Notes: a model not told the origin generated them from the sequence alone. A stretch of 6,237 nt of DNA from Candidatus Thorarchaeota archaeon (GCA_048882505.1 JBHLRO010000058.1:1-6237); one strand, 5' to 3'. Shown: positions 1 to 6,232, counted from the stretch's first letter. Made by a program: numbers and translations.

Positions 1-1257
1 CTTGAGGCGGTCGTTACGGTCACGAGGGCATTTATAAAGCATGATTTTGACACAATGCTGCAAAAAGTCTTGACAGCAATTTGTGATATGGTTTCAGCAA
101 AATATGGAGCCATTTACCTCCTTGAAAATCGAACCGTCACTCTTGCGGTAGAAATTGGTGCATCGGAAGATCTAATAAGGACGATTAAGAACCAGAAGTT
201 GCCTGAGTCTCAGAATATATCTTCAGAACAGCCCATTGGATTAGCCGCGCAAACTATTCTGAAGCAAAAAACGATTACTCTTGGTCATGACGCCATTTCC
301 TCCTTTATGGAGGAGAAAAAGTGGTCAGAATATGCTGGTGAAGTAGTTCGTAGCCTAGGAATCACTGATATACTATCCACGCCGATTTACTCAAAAAACA
401 GGAAATTTGGGGTGATTCAGCTCTCTCGAATTGTCAACAAACCCTTTTCCTTGCAGGAGATCGATTTAATTGAATCTTTTGCTCAGGAATTGGCCATTGT
501 ATTTGTAGAAAAGGAGACCCGACGGGAGACAACGGAATTAAGAAAAGATTTAGATTTTTTCATTGATCTAATTTCCCATGACATTTCCTCCCAGGCGATG
601 ATTACTCATTCTTGTCTCGAAGAATTACAGAGATTTCTTGGGACTAACCGTTTGTTTGAAAGTGAACCTGATCTCAAGTTCTTTATGGAAGCTTCTCAAC
701 AGAGCATTTTGCACGTTCAGCATATTATAGATCAAGTAAAACTTTTGAACAGAGTTAGACTTCTCATTCCTGAGGAAATAAAAGCATTTAACTTAACTCA
801 ATCAATCAAGAGAGCAATCGTCGCAATAACGAGTATGTATCCAAGAGAGGACATACATATAACTTTAAATAAATCTGAGGCCGAATGTTGGGCCCGGGGC
901 TCCGAACTGATAGATAATTGTTTAATTAATCTGTTTCAAAACGCAGTTTTAGCGGATCCTAAACCTGCGAAGAACATTGAACTCGAAGTGTCGCTGGATA
1001 AGGAAAATGAAGAGAATTGGAGCATAGAAATAACCGATCATGGAGAAGGTATACCTGATTCAGTAAAAGCCAAGATATTCGACCGATATTTTAGATCTCG
1101 TACTCGGTCCAAGGGTTCTGGCCTTGGCCTTTATTTGGTTCGAAGGATCTTAGAAACACACGGAGGATCTATTCGGGTGGAAGATAGAATTTCTGGAGAC
1201 TACACTCAGGGAGCGCGTTTTATTCTTGAGCTTCCTCGATCTGACAGAGGAGCTTAA
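1..1257 (+). CDS. GAF-domain sensor histidine kinase (GAF + HisKA-like DHp + HATPase_c), 5'-partial
   Basis: The frame is open from base 1 (LEAVVTVTRAFIKHDFDT precedes the ATG at 55), so the true start probably lies upstream of the window. GAF hallmarks: 'MLQKVLTAICDMVSAKYGAIYLL', 'ILSTPIYSKNRKFGVIQL', 'PFSLQEIDLIESFAQELAI'. H-box SHD (His codon 577-579), N-box NLFQNA (928-945), G1 DHGEG (1036-1050), F-box KIFDRYF, G2 GSGLGL (1114-1131), and terminal GARFILELP. No transmembrane segment in the visible part. Confidence 0.93.
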   Translation, partial: LEAVVTVTRAFIKHDFDTMLQKVLTAICDMVSAKYGAIYLLENRTVTLAVEIGASEDLIRTIKNQKLPESQNISSEQPIGLAAQTILKQKTITLGHDAISSFMEEKKWSEYAGEVVRSLGITDILSTPIYSKNRKFGVIQLSRIVNKPFSLQEIDLIESFAQELAIVFVEKETRRETTELRKDLDFFIDLISHDISSQAMITHSCLEELQRFLGTNRLFESEPDLKFFMEASQQSILHVQHIIDQVKLLNRVRLLIPEEIKAFNLTQSIKRAIVAITSMYPREDIHITLNKSEAECWARGSELIDNCLINLFQNAVLADPKPAKNIELEVSLDKENEENWSIEITDHGEGIPDSVKAKIFDRYFRSRTRSKGSGLGLYLVRRILETHGGSIRVEDRISGDYTQGARFILELPRSDRGA

Positions 1258-1318
1258 TTACTTGTGAGTTCAGTAGAAGATTAGGAAAGGAGAATATAGT
1301 ATGGGAGGTAGGGCCTAA

Positions 1319-3058
1319 TCATCCCACAACTTCTTCCTTAATTACACGCCGTAATACTTTACCAACCATACTCGTTGGTAGAGATTCACGGAATTCAACG
1401 GTTCTTGGACGCTTATAACCTGCCATTTTGTCCCTACACCATTCTATGATTTCTTCTTCAGTTGCTTTTTCACCTTCCTTTAAAACCAAAAAGGCCGCAA
1501 CATATTCATTTCCAGGCTGATTCTTATCAGGCAAGCCCACAACAGCGGCTAATTGAACCTTTGGATGTCCATACAAGATATCCTCGATTTCTCGTGGATA
1601 GGCTTTTAGACCCCCTACAATCACCATGTCCTTTTTACGATCTGTAATCACAGTAAATCCTTCCTCATCTATATGACCAATATCTCCAGTTAAAAAGAAT
1701 CGATTACCGTCTATCTCCCGAAATACTTCTTTATTCACCTCAGGTTTATTCCAATAGCCTTTCATAACTTGGGGCCCGCTCAAAGCAATCTCGCCATCTT
1801 CGCCGAGAGGAAGTTCGGTGAGGCCGGTTTCCAAATCCACAATCTTTACAATAGTATCTTGAACTGGGAGCCCTACTGTGCCAAATTTTCTATCTACCCT
1901 GTTCGTGGGATTCATGTGGGTTACTGGAGATGTTTCACTAAGCCCGTAACCCTCTACGATCCAACTGTCTGTAATATCCTCGTAAGTTTTAGCTAATTCA
2001 GGAGCTAAAGGGGCGGCTCCTGAACCACATCCTATAAGCGATGTCAAGTCGAACTTATCAACATTGGGATGGTTTGCGATTCCGCTGAAGAGCGTAGGAA
2101 CGGCGTGTAGTATGGTTGCTCTGTGGTTTTGTATTGCCTCAAGGAGAACCGTTAACCTCGGTTTTCCCGCGGTCGGATCAGGGATAGCAATCATGGTAGC
2201 AGCAATGTATATTCCACAAATCAAGGTCAACGTCAATCCAAAGGAGTGATACCAAGGTAAAGCACCCACAAAAACCTCCTCGCCGTAACGAAATGGCTGG
2301 GGGTTCCCTGTTTCATATGGATCGATCCTGACGTACCCATATATCTGTAGAATGTTCGAATAAAGGTTCCTATGGGATAACATAACCCCTTTGGGTACTC
2401 CTGTGGTACCTCCCGTATAGATTAGCATAGCTAGGTCTTCATCTGGATTAATTTCCATTTTCGGCTTTTTGGCTTCGTAGGACTTGACAATGTCTTTATA
2501 GAAGTCTGTAATCCCTTCTTCATAATAAGGACTTTTTGGAACTTTGCCTATTAAACCACCAACTATTCCCTTTAATTTGGAAAGAAATTCCTTGGCACTA
2601 CAGACAACCACCCGTTTGACCTGCGTCCCTTTTATTGCATTATACGTGGAAGGAGTAAAACTCTCATGATCGAATGCAAAACAGATTTTTGCTTCAGAAT
2701 CCTTCAATTGATAGTTCAATTCCTCGGTTGTATATCTGGGATTACATGTAACTGCAGTAGCACCAGCTTTAAGGATACCGAAGAAGATAATCGGGTAATG
2801 TGGAGTATTGGGTAAAAAAATAGCGACCTTATCCCCTTTTTTAATACCATTTGAAGCGAGATAGTTAGCGACGCGATCAGCAGCCGTGTTTATTTCAGTA
2901 TAGGTCGTTACGGTACCTTGGAAAACCGTACAAGGGAGATCCCCGGATTTCTCCGCAGTATTCTCCAAAATCTTAAAGAGAGGTTCATTCGGGTATGGTT
3001 CAAGTGTTTTTTTGACTTTTGAATACCACTTATGTTTATGCCAGATCATTTCTTCCAT
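1319..3058 (-). CDS. fadD: Long-chain-fatty-acid--CoA ligase (ANL/AMP-binding superfamily, FadD/LcfA-like), 579 aa
   Basis: P-loop YTGGTTGVPKG (aa 214-224), LPWYHSFG, GYGLSETSP, TGDIG, DRKKDMVIVGG..YPREIE hinge, and C-terminal PTSMVGKVLRR with the catalytic Lys. SD-like GGATGAT lies 6 nt upstream of the ATG. The fold is certain; acyl chain specificity and the gene symbol are family-level inferences. Confidence 0.9.
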   Translation of the reverse strand: MEEMIWHKHKWYSKVKKTLEPYPNEPLFKILENTAEKSGDLPCTVFQGTVTTYTEINTAADRVANYLASNGIKKGDKVAIFLPNTPHYPIIFFGILKAGATAVTCNPRYTTEELNYQLKDSEAKICFAFDHESFTPSTYNAIKGTQVKRVVVCSAKEFLSKLKGIVGGLIGKVPKSPYYEEGITDFYKDIVKSYEAKKPKMEINPDEDLAMLIYTGGTTGVPKGVMLSHRNLYSNILQIYGYVRIDPYETGNPQPFRYGEEVFVGALPWYHSFGLTLTLICGIYIAATMIAIPDPTAGKPRLTVLLEAIQNHRATILHAVPTLFSGIANHPNVDKFDLTSLIGCGSGAAPLAPELAKTYEDITDSWIVEGYGLSETSPVTHMNPTNRVDRKFGTVGLPVQDTIVKIVDLETGLTELPLGEDGEIALSGPQVMKGYWNKPEVNKEVFREIDGNRFFLTGDIGHIDEEGFTVITDRKKDMVIVGGLKAYPREIEDILYGHPKVQLAAVVGLPDKNQPGNEYVAAFLVLKEGEKATEEEIIEWCRDKMAGYKRPRTVEFRESLPTSMVGKVLRRVIKEEVVG

Positions 3059-3064
3059 TTTCTA

Positions 3065-3071
3065 ATCATCC
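3065..3071 (-). promoter_or_regulatory. Shine-Dalgarno-like site of the ligase gene
   Basis: The minus strand reads GGATGAT, 6 nt before the ATG at 3058, resembling GGAGGTGAT. Confidence 0.4.
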
Positions 3072-3142
3072 AGGATTATTAGTGGAGAATCTAGACGAGA
3101 GTTAATACATCGTCGTGATTCTGTATGAGGGGAGGGCTATCC

Positions 3143-3158
3143 TTCAATTTTTTTTGAA
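3143..3158. promoter_or_regulatory. Inverted repeat TTCAA-N6-TTGAA, candidate operator
   Basis: Read directly at 3143-3158 (ttcaa tttttt ttgaa). It lies between the candidate TATA box and the ligase start. Confidence 0.3.
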
Positions 3159-3194
3159 TTTTACTCCGAGAATTATTCATCTGCTAGTTGTTAG

Positions 3195-3204
3195 AATATT
3201 AAAA
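3195..3204 (-). promoter_or_regulatory. Candidate archaeal TATA box for the acyl-CoA ligase gene
   Basis: The minus strand reads TTTTAATATT, close to the TTTAWA(TA) archaeal consensus, in the 208-bp spacer upstream of the ligase. There is no convincing purine-rich BRE. Confidence 0.35.
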
Positions 3205-3234
3205 CGAGTGATAATCTAAAATTCATAATCTCGC

Positions 3235-3239
3235 AAAAA
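3235..3239 (-). terminator. Possible oligo-T terminator of the MBL hydrolase gene
   Basis: T5 on the minus strand 28 nt after the TAA at 3267-3269. Archaeal intrinsic terminators are U-tracts, but a T5 run is weak evidence in AT-rich DNA. Confidence 0.2.
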
Positions 3240-3266
3240 TCAGCATAGACAACGTATAAGTGAGTT

Positions 3267-4241
3267 TTAGGGATAATTTTGTGCAAAATACTTCCCTTCT
3301 TCCTGATAAATTGAGTCAAGTTCCTCAAGTTCATTCAAGTGATGTTCAATATGATTCTGTTCAAATACCATCCAGATGTCCCTGGGAGTGGATGATACGA
3401 AAGGTCCATTGCCATAAATGAATGCTTCGTTAGCTATTCGTGTCGGCGTAACCCCTTTTGGATGGTTACAAATAAATTCCCTGATCTTTCCCTTTCTTAC
3501 ATCAAATTGCTTTTCAAACCGATCAAGGTATTCTAAGGCCTTGATTCTTTCTAAGGGACGAGAATGGCTAGTTAAAACCCAACGTATATCTTCATGTTTG
3601 TCCAAGAATGATCGTACGTAGTCAACCGACTCACGAAATGCAGGAAGAGAGGAGTTACGCCAGCCATACCAAGGACCAAATCTTGCTGTAACTACTATAT
3701 CACAAATGAATAGGATGCCATCATTCGGTGAATAAAAACCAGTATGGCCTGGTGAATGGCCAGGTAGGTGTATAAATTCTAAAATTGTCTTTCCAAGGTT
3801 CAGAGGGTTGGTGTAATCGGTAGGCTCTAGGTTATCAAATCCTAACTCATCCCATGACGAGATTCCATCTAATCCCATGAAAGTCATAAATCTTTCAGCC
3901 CACTGCTGAAACCTTGACTCGTCTACCTGATCTGTATTATAGCTAAAACTAATAAAATCTCTTAGGGAACCTAAGGCCTTTCTTTCAACGGAATGAACAC
4001 GTTTTGGATGATCCTTAAAGACCCAGGACCCAAACGTATGATCGATGTGATAATGTGAATATAAAATTAAACCTAGATTGGATAACGTGCGTTCCTTTAG
4101 TTTCAGAAGCTTTCCGTCCCGAAATTGAAAACCAGTATCAATCAGAACATTTGTTTCGTCATTTATCAGAATCGAATTGGAACTTAGCGCACGATGTCGA
4201 TCGGGTTGGATTAAAATCATATTGGGGGAAAGATGCATCAT
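3267..4241 (-). CDS. Metallo-beta-lactamase-fold metallo-hydrolase with a probable C-terminal winged-helix-like extension, 324 aa
   Basis: Motifs: LIDTG, HxHxDH (H63-Y-H65-I-D67-H68), PGH162SPGH, bridging D181, and TSH226. A ~90-aa C-terminal helical tail follows. Substrate cannot be determined from sequence. Either of the two tandem ATGs could be the start. Confidence 0.88.
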   Translation of the reverse strand: MMHLSPNMILIQPDRHRALSSNSILINDETNVLIDTGFQFRDGKLLKLKERTLSNLGLILYSHYHIDHTFGSWVFKDHPKRVHSVERKALGSLRDFISFSYNTDQVDESRFQQWAERFMTFMGLDGISSWDELGFDNLEPTDYTNPLNLGKTILEFIHLPGHSPGHTGFYSPNDGILFICDIVVTARFGPWYGWRNSSLPAFRESVDYVRSFLDKHEDIRWVLTSHSRPLERIKALEYLDRFEKQFDVRKGKIREFICNHPKGVTPTRIANEAFIYGNGPFVSSTPRDIWMVFEQNHIEHHLNELEELDSIYQEEGKYFAQNYP

Positions 4242-4385
4242 ATTACTTGATATTCCAGAGTTGGTTGGTTCATGGCGTGATGTATCTGTCAGTTCAAGAA
4301 TCTCCTAACCGATCTAGGTAACTAGACAAGCCTTACTCACGTTGCGGAATGCAAAATCTAGGTTCAGGCCTGATTAGTATGATTC

Positions 4386-4461
4386 AATCGGATCCTATTC
4401 GAGAGAATCTGTTTTTTCGCTGAGAATAATTGCCTTGCTTTGCTAATCAGATCACCTATTC
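4386..4461. repeat. Imperfect direct repeat, two copies about 60 bp apart
   Basis: AATCGGATC--CTATTC (4386-4400) versus AATCAGATCACCTATTC (4445-4461): one substitution and a 2-nt indel. Both copies are followed within a few bases by AGAATC. Confidence 0.4.
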
Positions 4462-4501
4462 TGATAAAGAATCGAGCTCACCCTGTGAACAGTTAATCGA
4501 T

Positions 4502-5239
4502 TCAAATGCGATCAGAGTAGAAATCCAGTATTTGCGAAAAACTGTTGATGTACGACCGCGTGTATGAATCAGAGTTAACGTGTAGCCATTGATTATCTCT
4601 TAGTTCATCGCTAATGATCACTAGAGAAGTTAAACTAATTCTGCGGAAATTTGCAACGGCAAAAGCGGCTGCAACCTCCATGTCAATCGCAAGTACATTT
4701 TTTTTACGTAAGGTTTCAATCAAGGTATAAGTTTCTCGAAAAGGGGCATCAGTTGAACAGATTTTCCCTTGGTAAACTTGAAATTCCTTTTTACTTAAGA
4801 ATGAACTCAGCGCCTCCGTCAGAGATTTTGCGGGTCGACATTTCGAAGTAGATGGCAGGTAATGGTAACTAGTTCCTTCTAATCGGATTGCTTCAGTGAT
4901 TAGCAGCCTATCACCTATTGAAATTTGTTGTATGGATCCTGCGAAGCCTAGAAAGATAACTTCTCTGATGCCTAGGGCAATCAATGTCTCTAAAAACATC
5001 ACAGTTGCGGGTGCCCCCATAGTCCCTTGGAAATATACTATATTATCTCCAATGCGATAAAGGCGAGTTCCCTGAAATATTCTAGGTAATTCCTTTACTT
5101 TCAGCTTCCGTGATGTATTCGGAAATTTAGAAAGAATGATAGGAGAAAAAATCAATCGGCTTGGAAGAGGTTGAGCTGCCTGGTAATAACTTACTTCTGG
5201 TTGGATATATGTTGTCTTATCAGGGTCAAAGAATTCCAA
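4502..5239 (-). CDS. Nucleoside phosphorylase-I (PNP_UDP_1) fold protein, uridine/purine phosphorylase-like, 245 aa
   Basis: Motifs: GTMGAPATVMFLETLIALG, LGFAGSI, AIRLEGTSYHY, STDAPFRET, IDMEVAA, IISD. The start is TTG (5239-5237) and is the only start candidate, because an in-frame TAG sits 4 codons upstream. AGGT lies 7 nt before the TTG. Confidence 0.85.
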   Translation of the reverse strand: MEFFDPDKTTYIQPEVSYYQAAQPLPSRLIFSPIILSKFPNTSRKLKVKELPRIFQGTRLYRIGDNIVYFQGTMGAPATVMFLETLIALGIREVIFLGFAGSIQQISIGDRLLITEAIRLEGTSYHYLPSTSKCRPAKSLTEALSSFLSKKEFQVYQGKICSTDAPFRETYTLIETLRKKNVLAIDMEVAAAFAVANFRRISLTSLVIISDELRDNQWLHVNSDSYTRSYINSFSQILDFYSDRI

Positions 5240-5263
5240 AGCAATAACCTAACCTTCAAGGAC

Positions 5264-5282
5264 GAACAATGTTCTTAATAAT
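5264..5282. promoter_or_regulatory. Divergent promoter core: palindrome GAACA-A-TGTTC abutting AT-rich TTAATAAT
   Basis: Perfect 5-1-5 palindrome at 5264-5274 directly followed by TTAATAAT (5275-5282), in the 66-bp spacer between the divergent NP-I and AKR genes. Confidence 0.35.
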
Positions 5283-5305
5283 CAAATGTTATGGTTTGTG
5301 AAGTT

Positions 5306-6190
5306 ATGGAAACAAGACGTCTCGGACGAACTGGATTCAACGCGTCCGTTCTTACCCTGGGAGGTTGTGCTCTAGGTTGGTTACATAAGTCTGATGATAC
5401 TGAGGAACCTCAACGAGAGGCTAATGAAGCCATAGACACTGCAATAAGCCAGGGCATAAATATTATTGACGTGGCTCCAACGTATGGAGAGGCTGAACTT
5501 CGTTTAAAACCCTGGCTTGAAAAAAATCGGAATAAAGTGTTCTTGGCGGGAAAAACTATGGAACGATCAAAACAAGGAGCGTGGCAGAAGTTAAAGGCTT
5601 CATTGGAAAGGCTGGGAACGTCAACACTGGATCTATATCAATTCCACGCTGTTTCCACCATGGAAGAATGTGATCTTATTCTTGGGAAAGGGGGAGCGTT
5701 AGAAGCAGCCATCGAAGCCCGTGAAACGGGAATCATCAAACATATAGGCATTACAGGCCATTCAGATATGCGTGTTTTACAGGAGGCCCTGAATCGGTAC
5801 GCAGATTTCAGTACGATCTTGCTACCTGTTTATGTTGGCGCAAAAATTCGTCCTCATCTGGTTAATGATTATGAATCCATATTAAAAATAGCCATTGATC
5901 AAGATATTGGGGTTATTGCCATCAAAGCCATTTCAAAGCGAAGGTGGACTTTTGCAAAGAAATATGGGACATGGTATCAACCTATGGAGGACTCTGACTG
6001 GATCAAAGAAGCAGTGGCTTTTACTTTATCCCAGGAGGGTGTGACAACCTATTCCTTGCCGTGTGATCTTCGATTGTGGCCGATGGTTCTTGGTGCAGTT
6101 CAAACAGTGAGGAAGCTCGACAGAGACGAGCAGGCTGAATTTATTAGACGGGCCGAAAAGCATTATGTTCGACCTCTATTTCCGATTTAA
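5306..6190 (+). CDS. Aldo/keto reductase family oxidoreductase; likely start 5306 (ORF track start 5291)
   Basis: Typical AKR N-terminus METRRLGRTG..SVLTLGG. Catalytic tetrad D60 (DVAPTYG), Y65, K88 and H119 (LDLYQFH), numbered from 5291. Also IKHIGITGH and IGVIAIKA. No C-terminal Fe-S Cys cluster. The fold is confident; the choice of start is inferred. Confidence 0.9.
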   Translation: METRRLGRTGFNASVLTLGGCALGWLHKSDDTEEPQREANEAIDTAISQGINIIDVAPTYGEAELRLKPWLEKNRNKVFLAGKTMERSKQGAWQKLKASLERLGTSTLDLYQFHAVSTMEECDLILGKGGALEAAIEARETGIIKHIGITGHSDMRVLQEALNRYADFSTILLPVYVGAKIRPHLVNDYESILKIAIDQDIGVIAIKAISKRRWTFAKKYGTWYQPMEDSDWIKEAVAFTLSQEGVTTYSLPCDLRLWPMVLGAVQTVRKLDRDEQAEFIRRAEKHYVRPLFPI

Positions 6191-6199
6191 TGCCACGAT

Positions 6200-6232
6200 T
6201 TATCGCTTGATTTCTTCTCTTCATTCCATTCT
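6200..6232 (+). terminator. Pyrimidine-rich tract after the AKR stop, possible archaeal-type terminator
   Basis: tttatcgcttgatttcttctcttcattccattc follows shortly after the TAA at 6190; no hairpin. Confidence 0.2.

Noticed and set aside
55-57. ATG at 55 as the kinase start
   Set aside because: The frame is open to base 1 and the upstream residues look like the first GAF helix, so the gene is more likely truncated by the window.
1258-1321. Selenocysteine or other read-through at the TGA stops of the ligase and NP-I genes
   Set aside because: Both proteins are already complete at the TGA. NP-I read-through hits TAA after 2 codons, and the ligase extension has no domain-like content or SECIS-like element.
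1462-2249. Plus-strand ORFs 1462-1647, 1769-1996 and 2064-2249
   Set aside because: Short, fully antisense to the well-supported ligase, and with no recognisable motifs; shadow ORFs.
4248-4304. N-terminal extension of the MBL protein from a CTG after AGGAG
   Set aside because: It needs a rare start codon, the extension is low-complexity polar sequence, and the ATG start already matches the usual MBL N-terminus.
3418-4321. Plus-strand ORFs 3418-3621 and 4055-4321
   Set aside because: Antisense to the MBL gene (the second mostly so), with no motifs or convincing start signals.
4349-4423. Plus-strand 24-codon ORF (MQNLGSGLISMIQSDPIRENLFFR) in the spacer
   Set aside because: No SD or protein-like signal; an ORF of this length is expected by chance.
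4242-4501. tRNA, SRP RNA, RNase P RNA, C/D-box sRNA or CRISPR array in the spacer
   Set aside because: No T-arm GTTCRA in a cloverleaf context, no SRP helix-8 CAGG..GNRA..AGCA arrangement, no RNase P GAGGAAAGTCC, no properly spaced C/D boxes, and no regular repeat-spacer units.
4651-4851. Plus-strand 66-aa ORF
   Set aside because: Antisense to the conserved core of the NP-I gene; no support.
5263-5275. Palindrome as a LexA/Cheo SOS box
   Set aside because: The Gram-positive SOS box is GAAC-N4-GTTC; here the spacing is N3.
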